NCBI GenBank assembly: GCA_012295275.1
Contig: CM022677.1
Coordinates: 12,710,001-12,774,000, forward strand
DNA: 64,000 nucleotides
Source: Chrysomallon squamiferum
Lineage: Eukaryota > Animalia > Mollusca
Direction: 5' to 3'
The first letter of the stretch is position 1. Each line of letters starts with the position of its first letter. The position numbers and the translations under genes are program-made. This document shows, piece by piece, positions 25,008 through 38,079 of the stretch. The notes under the pieces were generated by a model. It had not been told where the DNA came from, did no database searches, and was given only the letters and a program-made list of their open reading frames with translations.

Positions 25008-27690
25008 CCAAAGTTGAATGTTTGGGTTTGTGTTATGACGTTGTTGTTAATGTTTAGTGTGATTTTGTTGTTATCTGTTTTTTTGTTGAAAAGGAGGCAT
25101 GTCGTTTTGGAAAGAGAAATCTTTGTGCCCCATTTTAACGCCCAGTTGTTTATGTTGTTTAAGTCTTTTTGTATTGTTTCTGCCTGCACACCAAAAAGTG
25201 CAGTCGTCTGCAAAGAGTGCTGTGTTTTTTCGTTCGGTTGGTGGATTGTTGGTGTTGTCTTGTTTGTCAAGTGCTGTGATGATGTCGTTGATGTAGATGT
25301 TGCAGAGTGTGGGCGAGATAACGGATCCTTGTGGGATGCCATTTTCGATTGTCATTTTCTCTGAGGTGTGACCATTTACTTTGACTGCTATGGATCTGTT
25401 GTTGATGAAGTCTTTGATAAACTTGAACATGTTGCCTTTGATGTTGTTGTTGGTTAATTTGATGAGCAGTCCTTCCCTCCATACCATGTCAAAGGCTTTT
25501 TCAATGTCTAGGAATACTGTGATGACTTTTTTTTCCTAAAAGATAGGTTGATTATTGTTTGCAGACAGGTGATCTGGTTGTTTGTACTGTGTTTCTTCTT
25601 GAAGCTGCTTTGATATTTGCTGATTAAATTGTTGTTGTTTAGATGCTGGCTCAGGTGTGATTGATCATCATTTCCAGTGTTTTGCACATGTGTGACGTCA
25701 GTGTGATCGGCCTGTAGCTGTTGGGTAGTAAGTGATCTTTGTGTGGTTTGGGCCAAGCTGAAACATTCGGCATATTTCCAGTTTGTTGTAATCTTACCTG
25801 TTGTCCATATTGTGTTGTAGAGATCGAGTAAGATTAGTAGTGTTTCATCTGGTAGGTGTTGTAGTATTGTGTAGCTTATTTTATCTGGCCCTGTGGCTGT
25901 ACTTTTCTTGTTTTTGAGGGCATGATTTAATTCGCTGATGTTGAAGAGTTGATTGTATTTCAAGTGTTCTGTGTCTGAGAAATGTTTGTTGATTGTTAGG
26001 TTGTCCAGTGGTTTCTTTGTGAATTTCAGTAGGAAGGTTGAGTTGCTGCTGGACTTGGTGAAAGTTTTACTGAGTAGATCTGCTTTTTGTTTGTCAGTGA
26101 ATGCGATGTTGTTTTTGTCGAGAGTGTTGATTCTGTGGTTTTTATTTGCCTTGGATGTCTTTCACTTTGGCCCACATGTCTTTGACTGATGTTTTGTGGT
26201 CGATGTTGTTGCAAAAGAGTTCCCAGTGTTCTTGTTTTGCACTGAGAATTAGATTGGAAACTTGTTTTTTTGCTATTTTGTATTTTTGTCTGTGGAATGA
26301 TTTCTGTCTTTTTTGTATTGTCTTCTGAATTTGTTTCTTTCTTTGCATTTCTTTTCTATGTGTTCCATCCACCAGGGAGTGGATATTTTGTCGGTGCATT
26401 GTCTGGTTTTGGGTATGAATTTGTTTGCAGTGGAGTATATTGTGCTGGTGAGTGATGTGCAGTAGGTGTTGATGTGGTTGGGGTTTATGTGGTGATGTTT
26501 CTGCATGCTTTGTAGAAGCCTTCCCAGTTCGCTTTGTTGAAGTTCCATTTGGATGTGAAAATGGATCTGTCCAAGAAAGTGTTCTTGCAGTTGGTGAGTA
26601 TTGGGTGATGGTCGCTGTTTAATTCATTGAGCACTTGCCATTCACAGAGCACTGTGATGTCCTTACTTTGTGGATGTTAGATCAATGGCGGATTGGCTAC
26701 TATTGATGTCACTGGTGTATGTGAATGTTCCGTCGTTCAAACAGACCAGCTGGTTTTGCTCTATGAAATTTTCAAGGATGATTCCAAGACTGTCGTCTGT
26801 CGAGCCACCCTATAAGGTGTTGTGACAGTTGAAATCACCCACTATAAAGAGCTTGTTGTTTGTTGTGATCATTTTGTTTAAGTCGTGGGTTTGAATGGTG
26901 TGTAGTGCGGGAATGGATGGGCTGTACATTTTAATTGTGTTGATGTTTTGATTGTTATTGTGTACTGTGATGCTTAGTATTTCTATGTTGGTGTGAACTT
27001 TGGCTTGGTTCAGCTTGGTGTGTGGAATGTCTTGTTTGACGAGTGTCATGATGTCTCCCCGGGTGCTGAGACTTTGATACCCGGGGACCTTAAAAGCTTT
27101 TGTTGTTTTGTTGTTTTTATTGTGTCCTAGCCATGTTTCTTGTATATGCATATTACGTCTGGTGTGTTTTGAGTGGAGGCCAGGAAGTGTACGAGTTTGT
27201 CTCTGTGGCCTGCTGAGTTGTTGTTACTGTTTGGTGTTTCTTTTGTTCATTGCTGTTTTGTGTTTGTGGGATTTCTCTTGTCTGTGTGTAATTTAAGTCT
27301 TTGTTGACTGTGGAGATCTTGAAGCCCAAGCTGTCTTCGATTATTGAAGTCGTCTGTGATGTTTTCTTGGTTGTTTCTGATGTTGTGCAGTTCGATGAGG
27401 AGGAAGACAATAATTTTGTGTATTTCTGCAATTCTGACCTCCTTTGTTCGATTTTGGGGCATTTTTTGTTAACGTTTCGTAGAATTTTGTTTTCTCATCT
27501 GTTGTAATATTTGATGGACACATTTTGTAATGTGGTGTGTGTGGACCCTGGCAATTCGCGCACTTTGCCAGAGAACAGCATTGGCCTGAGTTTCTGTGGT
27601 GATTTCCACTGCAGACAGTGTCTGCACTTGGGCAACTGCGGCCTCATTTCTGTGAGCGTCTCTGTACCCATCAATGGTGATGGTTGTGTT
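25008..27690 (-). mobile_element. Degenerate I-group LINE (ORF1 zinc knuckle, APE endonuclease, RT), 3'-truncated at the viral junction
   Basis: ORF1 knuckle KCANCQGPHTPHYKMCP (~27515-27570); APE motifs IQETWL and FIVGDFNCHN; RT motifs GPDKISYTILQHL, DIEKAFDMVWREGL, GIPQGSVISPTL and LFADD; many frameshifts. Confidence 0.93.
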
Positions 27691-27894
27691 TGTTAATTAC
27701 CTTCTAAATGTCAGCTTGGTCCAGTAGCTTGGATTTTTCCATATTTCCACACCGAATAATTTAGCTTTTGTTTGTTGTATTACTTCTTTGTTGAACATCT
27801 CAAAGAAATCATGCTTGTATACATACAGGTAATAAAACCCAAATCTTTGGAGACGTATTTGTGAAATGTTGTTTCTTTGTTTTTGTTGACTGGG

Positions 27895-28240
27895 TTACTG
27901 TTGTTGTGTAATGAGTATTTGTTTGGGTTGTTGTTGTTGTGTAATGAGTGTTTGTTTTGGCTACTGTTGTTGTGTAATGAGTGTTTGTTTTGGCTGCTGT
28001 TGTTGAGTAATGAGTGTTTGTTTTGGCTGCTGTTGTTGTGTAATGAGTATTTGTTTGGGTTGCTGTTGTTGTGTAATGAGTGATTGTTTTGGCTGCTGTT
28101 GTTGAGTAATGAGTGTTTGTTTGGGTTGCTGTTGTTGTGTAATGAGTGTTTGTTTTGGCTGTTGTTGTTGTGTAATGAGTGTGTGTTTTGGTTGCTGTTG
28201 TTGTCTAATGAGTGTTTGTTTTGGCTGCTGTTGTGTGAGC
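27895..28240. repeat. 33-bp minisatellite, about 10 copies
   Basis: Unit tgtaatgagtgtttgttttggctgctgttgttg. Confidence 0.95.
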
Positions 28241-29589
28241 AGTGTTTTCCTGGATTGTGGTGTGGGTGTTTTCTTTGTTTGTTGTCAACAGAGGAAAACC
28301 CTGACAGTAAATACTTCATCCCAGATAGTTATGCTGGGACCTATAGCTTTTAATGATTTTTTATCTATTTCGAAATATATTTGTTTTCCAGTTTGATTTT
28401 TGTTCATTTTAGTTATTTTGTAGATGATGTGTATTTGCGCTTCTAATAAATATCGATGTCTGTGGGGTTTTTTGTGAATCGCGATGGTGACTCGGTGTTC
28501 AATACGTTTTATTTTTTTCCTTTTTATTGTTTCCCAAATGTATCATAATATTATTTTAGATGTCATAATATGCAACAGTTTTTGCAGCCAGAAAATAACA
28601 AATGATCCCAAATAAATCCTTTTTTTACAAAACGATTTAAATCAAGATTGATTAAAAACAAATTACCAGATAATTTTCATTTTTATTATTATGTGTGTGT
28701 GTGTGTGTGTTTGCTATCTTCTGTCTTCTTGTTTCTTCTTTTCTTCTTGTTTTTTCTTATTCCTGTGTTTATTTATATTTGTTTTAATTTTTGTGTTTTC
28801 TTTAAAGTTATTTTTTTGTTTATTTTTTTTATCCTATTTACCATGATTATTGTTGCTTCTTTTCTTTTACATTGCAATTTCTTCAAAATCTTCCTTTTCT
28901 TCTTGTGTGTACCTCTTGTCTGTGTTGATTTTCGGTTATTTTATTCATAAGCAAGATTTTTGTAATATACAATTTACTTACTATTTTTTTTTTTTCTATA
29001 TTTTTTCTTTCCACAGAACTGACATGGGTTTCACATCAATGAAAAAGAAACAGCAGTCAGCACCAAAAACACCAGTACCACCATTAGACCTGAGACAAAC
29101 TGACATCACCACACCAACCACTGAAAACTCAAACTCCTGTCCAAGAAACATCCAGACACACTAGAAAAGAAACCAGAAACACCACCACCCATTCCTGAGG
29201 TATTTCAGTAAAAATAATGTCTAAGAAAGAAAGTGAACAAACTGCTGAAACAATTCTGACAAAAGAAAAGAAATTAGTTTCAAAACTTTCTTTCAGTAAG
29301 GGTGACAGCGTGGAAGATATGCATCCACACACACAGAACAAGTTTGATCATTTTTGTTGAAAGCAGCCAGACCAAGACTTAAACTGACACAAGCTTTACA
29401 ACTTAGTCACTTAGTCAGATGTTAAAAACTTAAAAAAATATTCAGGTGAACATGTCTGTAAATATGTCTTAGTCTATCTGTCTGTTTCTCTCTCTGTCTG
29501 CCTCCCTATTTATTTATTTTATTTTTATGTCTGCTTTTCTGTTTGTGTGTATTTCTTTCCTTGAAAATGTTCAGATAAATATGTTTGTC

Positions 29590-29850
29590 TTTCTGAAAAT
29601 CTGTCTATATACCTATGTCTGTACTTACTATATACTTATATGTTTGTCTGTGTGTATTTCTTTCTGAGAATCTGTCTATATACCTATGTCTGTACTTAAT
29701 ATATACTTATATGTTTGTCTATGTGTATTTCTTTCTGAGAATCTGTCTATATACCTATGTCTGTACTTACTGGATACTTATATGTTTGTCTGTGTCTATT
29801 TCTTTCTGAGAATCTCTCTGTTTACCTGTGTCTCTACTTAATATTTACTC
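29590..29850. repeat. 71-bp tandem repeat, 3-4 copies
   Basis: Unit begins tctgagaatctgtctatatacctatgtctgtactta. Confidence 0.9.
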
Positions 29851-30659
29851 ATCTGTTTGTCCTTCTGTATGTCAGTCTCTGTCTTCATAACATTTCTTAT
29901 TTCTTCCTAATTAGCAAGTTTCTTTCTTTTCGTTATGATTTTTAACAATTATTGTCTAAGTTGTAACAAAGTATAACAAAGAAAGAAAATATTATATATA
30001 ATCTTTAAGTTCTCTTTTGATAATTCTGAATATAAATAGCTTAAGAATCAGTTATTTAAATAATTCTAAATTTATTTATAGTTTTAATTTATAAAAATTT
30101 TTATAACAAGTTTTAGTAGACAGTTGATTATTTTTGTTTTATTTATTTTTATTTATTTATAAATCTTTCTATCTATCTTCTCTGTATCTATCTAATGTAT
30201 GTATCTATCATTTATTTATTAATTTATTTATTTATTTTATTATTATTTTTAATTTATTTAAAATATAATCATACAGAATTACATAATATTTGATATATAA
30301 TATTGTTAATCTTTTTATTATTATATTTAATATTACAACCTACTGAATAATTTAGTATTCTATATTTTCATTAATTATTAACACCTTTATTTTTGTTTAT
30401 TTACTTATTTTTTAACTAGGTTTAGAATTTATCATGAAACAGTCTTGGAATCCAGGCTTTCTGAGCTGTGTGTTTGGCAATGTGTTCTAACACAACAGTG
30501 ATCTTCCTTAACCTCATCACCGATAAAACAGACACTGAGAGTGCTGTGAGTAATCTTAATTATAACTGTTACAAAATCTTTTATAACAATAATAATAATA
30601 ATAATAATAGTAGTAAATAATAATAGTACTACTACTACTACTACAACTAATAATAATAG

Positions 30660-33600
30660 AGATAATTACTACTAGACAGATAATAGTGAATGTGTGTGTA
30701 TATCAGCAATAGTGATAATTACTTCTACACAGGTAATGTGTGTGTGTGTGTTTGTGTGAGTGTGTGTTTCAGCAATAATTGCTACTACTCTGTTAATAGT
30801 GTGTGTGTGTGAGTGTGTGTGTGTTTCAGCAATTGTGATAATTGCTACTACTCTGATAATAGTGTGTGTGTGTGTGTGTGTGTGTGTATCAGCAATAGTG
30901 TTAATTCCTACTACTAAGATAAAATAGTCTGTGTTTATGAGTGAATCAGGAATAATGTAATTGCTACTCAGATAATAGTGTGTGTGTGTGTGTGTGTCTG
31001 TTTCAGTGAATCAGCAATAGTGTGTGAGTGAATCAGCTACTCAGATAATACTACTAATGATACAATAGTGTGTTTGTGAGTGAGTGTGTGTATATCAGCA
31101 ATAGTGATAATTGCTACTAATGATACAATAGTATGTTTGTGAGTGAGTGTGTATCAGCAATAGTGAAAGTTGCTACTACAGAGACAATTGTGTGTGAGTG
31201 AGTGTGTGTGTCAGAAATAGTGTTAATTGCTACTACTCTCATAATAGTGATAATTCCTACTCAGATAAAGTGTGTGTGTGTGTGTGTGTGTGTGTGTCTA
31301 AATAGTGATAATTGCTATTCAGATAATGAGAATGTGTGAGTGAATCAGCAGTACTGATAATTGCTACTCAGATGAGTGAATGTGTGAGTGTATCAGCAAC
31401 AGTGGTTATTACTACTCTTGTAATAGTGAGTGTGTGTTTCAGCAATAATTGCTACTACTCTGATAATAATGTGTGTGAGAGTGAGTGTGTGTTTCAGCAG
31501 TAATGATAATTGCTACTACTCAGCTAAAAGTGTGTGTGAGTGAGTATCAGAAATAGTGATAATTGCTTATAATAGTGTGTATGTGTGAGAGTTAGTGTAT
31601 CAGTAATAGTGAGTGTGTGTATCAGCAATAGTGTTAATTGCTACTACTGATAATAGTGTGTGTGTGTGAGTGAGTGAGTGTATCAGCAATAGTGATAATT
31701 GCTACTACTCTGATAATAGTGTGTGTGTGAGTGAATCTGCAATAGTGATAATTGCTACTCAGAAATTAGTATGTGTGTATCAGCAATAGTGATAATTGCT
31801 ACTACTCAGACAATAGTGTGTGTGTGAGTGTGTATCAGCAATAGTGAGTGATAATTGCTTCTACTCAGATAATCTGTGTGTGAGTGAATGAGCAATAGTG
31901 ATAATTGCTACTCAGAAAGTAGTTTGTGTGTATCAGCAATAGTGATAATTCCTACTACTCAGATAATAGTGCATGTGTATAAGTGAGTGTGTGTGTATCA
32001 GCAATAGTGTTAATTTCTACTCAGATAATGTGAATCTGTGATGAATCAGCAATAATGATAATTGCTACTCAGATAATGTGAATGTGTGAGTGAATCAGCA
32101 ATAGTGATAATAGCTACTCAGATAATAAATAATGGGTATGTGCGTGTGTGTGTGTGTGAGAGTGAGTGTCAGTGTATCAGCAGTAGTGATACTTTCTACT
32201 CAGATAATGGTGTGTATGTGTGAATGAGTTTGATTGTATCAGTGATACTGATAATTGCTACTCTGATAATGTGTGAATGTGTGAGTATATCAGCAATAGT
32301 GTGTGAGTGAGTGAATCAGCAATAGTGATTATTGCTACTCAGGTAATGGTGTGTATGTGTGAGTGAGTTTGAGTTCATGAGCCATAGTTATAATTGCTAC
32401 TACTCAGATGCTAATGTGTGTATATTAGCAATGGAGATAATTACTACTACTCAGATAATAGGTGTGTGTGTGAGTGTGTGTATCAACAATAGTGATAAGT
32501 GCTACTCAGATAATAGTATGTTTGTGAGTATGAGTGTATCAGTAATAGTGATAATTGCTACTACTCAGATAATGTGTGTGTCAGCAATAGTCATAATTGA
32601 TTGTCAGATAATTTGTGTGTGAGTGAATCAGCAATAGCGATACTTTCTACTTAGATAATGTGTTTATGTGTGAGTGAATCAGCAATAGTGATAACTGACA
32701 CTCAGGCAATGTGTGTGTGTTAATTGCGACTACTGTCATAAAAATGTGAAATGGTGATAATTCCTACTCAGGTAATAATGTGTTTGTGTGTGTATATCAT
32801 CAATAGTGATAATTGCTACTCCGATAATGAGAATGTGTGAGTGAATCAGCAATAGTGATAATTGCTACTCAGATAATAGTGTGAGTAAGTGAGTGTGTGT
32901 ATCAGCAATAATGATAATTGTTACTACTCTGATAATAGTGTGTGTGTGTGTGTGTGAGTGAGTGTATCAGCAATAGTTATAATTGCTACTACTCTGATAT
33001 TAGTGAGTGTGTATGTGTGAGTGAGTGTGTGTTTCAGAAATAATTACTACTCTGATAATTGTGTGTGTGTATGAGTGAATGAGTGTATCAGCAATAGTGA
33101 TAATTGCTACTACTCAGATAATAGTGTGTGTATGTGTGTGAGCGAGTGTGTTTGTATCAGCAATAGTGTAAATTGTTAATGTGTGCATGTGCGTGTTTGG
33201 TGTCATCCCATCTTGTCAAATCCCATTTTGCCAAAATTAATACAGAAATAACAACGTGACCCTACCTCGCTGCTGAATGGGTTAATCCAACGTGGTAAAT
33301 GTATTATTTGTTGTGAGTCTTGTGTGATCATTTATTTCTTGAAAATCTGTTAATGCTCCTTTGTTTCACAAATTATTTTTTTTAGGTTATTAATCAATCT
33401 TCTCTGTCAGTTAAAAACAGTCAAATCTTGTGCCTATGTTTTTTGGAAAATTGGTTAATCTTCCTTTGTTTTACATAGTTTTCTTTAACCTGTTGATCAA
33501 ATTTTCCTTGGCTTGTTTAACATTTTAAGTTGCATCCCGTGATGTTCTCCTCTTGCCCTGGTTTGTGTAACACGTTTTACATTGTGCATGGATTCTTTGT

Positions 33601-34220
33601 TTCCCTCTCGTGTTTGTGTCGTTGCCAGGTTCCATTCAAGGCTCAACAGAGCTCTTCCAAACCAGCACCCCAACATCTACAAGTTTGTAGACCTCATCAT
33701 CTCAAGAGACAGTTGTAAGCTGGAGCCAAGACACCTCTCCAGTACCTCCATGTAGTTGTACACCTTGTGAAACTTGAACTTCGTGTATCTGAACACAGTG
33801 TCCCTGTATATAGTGCTTGAACTCTGAATAATACTATCTCTGAACATAGTGCTTGAATATTAAATACACAAATACACAAATTCAACTTGTTTTGTTACTC
33901 CTCTGTGGCCGGTACATGGGATTTGATAGGATGGGATGACACTCAACCCTGTGGCCTAGTCCACTGTCTTATTTGAGTACCGTGAATGGGATTAGTGATT
34001 TATTTATGACTTCCACAAGATGGAATAGAACCATGTGTTTGTGTGTGAGAGAGCGTGTGTATCAGCAATAGTGATTATTGCTACTCAGGTAATGTGTTTG
34101 TGTGTGGGGGTGAATGTGAGTTTATGAGCAAAAGTTATCATTGCTACTCAGATAATAGTGTGTGTGTGAGTGAGTGTGTATCAGCAATAGTGATAACTTC
34201 TACTCTGATAATGTATGTGG
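30660..34220. repeat. Compound satellite (~50-65-bp units with variable GT tract), interrupted at ~33190-34030
   Basis: Dozens of copies of atcagcaatagtgataattgctactactcagataatag(tg)n. Confidence 0.95.
33200..33942 (+). mobile_element. Non-autonomous MULE-like DNA transposon inserted in the satellite
   Basis: 27-bp TIRs (gtgtcatcccatcttgtcaaatcccat / atgggatttgataggatgggatgacac, 2 mismatches); internal remnant FHSRLNRALPNQHPNIYKFVDLI..KTPLQYL resembles MULE transposase C-termini. Confidence 0.75.
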
Positions 34221-34519
34221 GTGTATGTTAAGAAGTATTTGGTTATCAGTTTACATTCAAATGCTGTGTACAAAATTATCAGGCCTGTTTTATTTAAATT
34301 TAAGATTCAGACAGATGGTAAGCTTGACATAATAAATTATTTTTATATTTTTCAGTTAAAAAAATACTAATTTTTATAAAATTAAATTATATTTTAATAC
34401 AAAATAATCAGCACCAAAAATATCAGCAGCAATATGTAATGTGGTGGTGATAGTAGCAACTATGATGTTGTAATAGTAGCACCAGCATCAGCAGTAGTAA
34501 TAAATAAATAAATAAATAG

Positions 34520-34590
34520 TCTAAACCTAACCCTTACCCTAGTCCTAACCCTAACACTAGTCCTTACCCTAACTCTAACCTAAGCTAACA
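34520..34590. repeat. Degenerate (CCCTAA)n interstitial telomere-like tract
   Basis: About 11 imperfect hexamers (cctaac, ccttac, cctagt). Confidence 0.65.
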
Positions 34591-35088
34591 CAATGGTAGA
34601 AATAAGAAAAACAGGAATACTTAGTAAAAGGATTTATTATTGTTAATGCTGTTGTTGTGTTGTTTTCTTTTTAAATTATTTATATAAACTTAATTAATTT
34701 TAAGATATTGCTGTCAAGAAGTCAGGGGAGAAAATTGAATCATCTTGCAGTTGTGTCCCTTCATTTGCAGACAGCTTCCTGATTAAACTGACAGTACTTG
34801 GAGGACATCCTGGTAAACAGTTACAGTTATTTTTTATTTTAACATCTATATGGTTCTTATTTATTGAAATTTGTCTTCTCATTTATTTATTTATTTATCT
34901 TCCTCTAGGAATGCTGGGTAATATGATGCGCTGTCCAGCCATTCTCACAGATAAAGGAAACAGTCAACTTCTGACACTGCAGCCATGTTGAAAAGTCATG
35001 GTGAGTGATTATATAGTATGTAGTAGTGCAGTAATAACAGTTCACAGCTATCTGTCTATCTTTCTGTGTATCTATCTGTAAAAACAAA

Positions 35089-35182
<94 letters not shown>

Positions 35183-36260
35183 ATAATAATATAGAAGAGA
35201 ACAGAAAGTGATGAAAGTATTTTAAATTTCTAGACGCTAAGGAGTTTATTCTGTCTGTTGATGAATTGAACACTATCACTGGGGCCAACAAAGATGGAGA
35301 AGTACCTGTGTGTGTATGTATTCTGTGTATGAAATTTTTAGTTTTTTTATTTGTGTGTGTGTGTGAGTGTACGTAAATATATATATATGTATGTGTAATT
35401 TATGGATAAATGATTTTAAAAATTATTACTATAACTACATTATTTTTATTAACTTTATTTTCTTTACAAATACATACACTGATTTTATTATAACAAATAC
35501 ACACACATACTTACAAATGTATTTTGTTTGAATCTGTGTATCTATTTACAAATAAAAGAACGAGAAAATAGTTATTAATGTAGTGTGTGTGTGTTTGTGT
35601 GTTTGTGTGTGTGTGTGTGAGAAAGAGAGAAGAGTGAGAGAAATTAATAAATAAGAAATTATTAACATGAAATAATATTTCTCATTACTTAACACATATA
35701 TATCTCAACTTTTGCATCCAGTTTCAATATCAACTTTTATATTCATTTCTAAAACTTTCCTTTCTTTTTAATGTAAAGAACAATATATTTCTTCTCACAT
35801 ATAAACAGTTATTAAAATCACACTTTCACTACAGCTAGCTGATCATCGTGCAAGGGCTGTGTATGCATTCAACCTGTCTGTCTACTACTACTACAACTAC
35901 AACTACTACTACTACAAACACTACTGCTGTTTCTGTTGCTGTTACAACTGCTATTCCTGCTCACCCTCCTCTCCTGCTACTACTACTGCTACTAAAATTA
36001 CTACTAGTACTACTGCTACAACTGCTACTACTACTATTACTACTACTATCACTACTACTACTGCTTGAATTTTCCAGGATCCAGTTACTTGTTCAAACAG
36101 TGGAATAGCATGGATACTGATGTCTGATTGTGTATCTGTAGACAAGGCCATAGATTACTACAACAGAGGATAGGTATTCCATTTAAATCATCAATGTTTG
36201 ATTAATTGTATATAAATGTCATTTGGTTTACCTGCAACTCACAGTATGTCAGCCTCTTGC

Positions 36261-36302
<42 letters not shown>

Positions 36303-36440
36303 TGTTACATCTACCTAATCCTATTAACTATATATCTATTTACCAGTGTATGTCTACAATAACCTGTCTGTCTGTCTGTTGGTCTACATCATCAACCTAT
36401 CTATCTACCCAATATCTACCAGTCTCTAAATAATGTTACT

Positions 36441-36717
36441 TAATAAATTTATCTATGTACCTCTGTATTCTTTTATTTTACATTTGTCTATTTGTCTAAC
36501 TTTCTGTCTGTCTGTAAGTCTGTGACTTTATGTAATTTAGTCTGTTTGTTTATCTATATATCTATCTATGTCTATATATATATATATATTAATAAATTTA
36601 TCTATGTACCTCTGTATTCTTTTATTTTACATTTGTCTATTTGTCTAACTTTCTGTCTGTCTGTAAGTCTGTGACTTTATGTAATTTAGTCTGTTTGTTT
36701 ATCTATATATCTATCTA

Positions 36718-36753
<36 letters not shown>

Positions 36754-36892
36754 TAGATAGATATATAGATAAACAAACAGACTAAATTACATAAAAAATC
36801 TTATTATGACAGACAGAAAGTTAGACAAATAGACAAATGTAAAATAAAAAAATACAGAGGTACATAGATAAATTTATTAATATATATATATA
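36441..36892. repeat. ~150-bp unit: two direct copies plus one inverted copy forming a palindrome centred on (TA)n
   Basis: 36441-36589 is duplicated at 36590-36740; the reverse complement is at ~36745-36890. Confidence 0.85.
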
Positions 36893-37015
36893 TGTAAACG
36901 TATAATCTGTAAATATCTGTTTTGGCAATTTTTTCTGTTAATATTTCTCCCAACTGTAACATTGTTCTTTAACACTAACAATGATTATTATGAATAATTA
37001 AAAATGTGTTTATTG

Positions 37016-37215
37016 NNNNNNNNNNNNNNNNNNNNNNNNNNNNNNNNNNNNNNNNNNNNNNNNNNNNNNNNNNNNNNNNNNNNNNNNNNNNNNNNNNNNN
37101 NNNNNNNNNNNNNNNNNNNNNNNNNNNNNNNNNNNNNNNNNNNNNNNNNNNNNNNNNNNNNNNNNNNNNNNNNNNNNNNNNNNNNNNNNNNNNNNNNNNN
37201 NNNNNNNNNNNNNNN
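37016..37215. other. Assembly gap (200 N) hiding the left boundary of EVE2
   Basis: Run of N. Confidence 1.
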
Positions 37216-37818
37216 AATGCTGCAGGTGAAGAATTGGGTGCACCTGCTATGGCAAGTGATCCTTCGAATAAACTTGCTAAAAAAGGAGTAACTGCAATTG
37301 ACATTAGTTCTCAGAATTATAATACAGAAATGGATGGTTCTCATAGAAGAACTTATCAATGTAACAGACCACCTATGTTTCTCATTGGTATATACGCAGA
37401 CGTAGAAAAGACTAGTAGTGGCAACACCTTATTTTTTAATTATCATGCTAATCTACAGATTACATATTGCAGTGAAGTAGAGTTCATAGTAAGAACAGGA
37501 TTCTGTCCTAAGTATATTGCTATAGGACTAGGTGGTTGTCCAGGTCCCATGTGAGGTCTGTATATGTATGGTAAGGATGTAGCCGGAAATAAAGATGTCG
37601 TTAAACATACTGAACAAGATCAATTCTTAAGTGAAAATTCACAACAATATGTCGAACGAATACGTAAAACATGGGAAATGAGAATTGCTGCTCCTATATG
37701 GGACAATTCGAATCGAAGAAAGTCGAGGCGACGAGTTGTCTGGCCATTACATGGAACATACGGAGACAGAACGGTTCCAATTAAAGAAAACGAAACCGAT
37801 TATTCTTATCCTATTTAA
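37216..37818 (+). pseudogene. VP: Capsid protein C-terminal ~200 codons, one in-frame stop
   Basis: Shares DGSHRRTYQCNRPP, FNYHANxQITY, IGLGGCPG, KHTEQDQFL, WPLHGxYGDRTV and SYPI* with the EVE1 VP; TGA at 37552-37554. Confidence 0.9.
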
Positions 37819-37964
37819 ATAATTATTCATTGTTCATATTAGTTAGTTAATTACTTATCGTTAATTACTATTTTAAAAGAACTATTTGTTATTACGCTGT
37901 GTAAGAACACAGTGAAAAGTCTGTTGTGTTATAGATCTCGTAACATTTCGTTACCTCATATCAA

Positions 37965-37994
37965 TGACGTCATGTAAATATTGGTATAAATAAA
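37965..37994 (+). promoter_or_regulatory. NS promoter (TGACGTCA + GGTATAAAT) overlapping an AATAAA
   Basis: CRE palindrome at 37965-37972, TATA at 37985-37990, AATAAA at 37989-37994; ATG in a good context (cactATG) at 38080. Confidence 0.65.
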
Positions 37995-38079
37995 GCTGAC
38001 GTTCAAAAATATTTTTGTCGTTTGTCATTAATTGACTTGCTACACGTTAAAAGAAGCATAGTTATAATCCAGCACCACT

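Noticed and set aside
27780-28396. 179-aa and overlapping repetitive ORFs
   Set aside because: They are translations of the 33-bp minisatellite, open in several frames and on both strands.
30660-33180. Repeat with variable spacers, superficially CRISPR-like
   Set aside because: The spacers are just (GT)n microsatellite of varying length, the repeats are degenerate, there are no cas genes and the context is eukaryotic.
35848-36151. Poly-T/L/V ORFs
   Set aside because: Translations of (ACT)n microsatellite.
36975-37359. ORFs spanning the N gap
   Set aside because: Artefacts of translating Ns; only the plus-strand frame after 37216 is meaningful.
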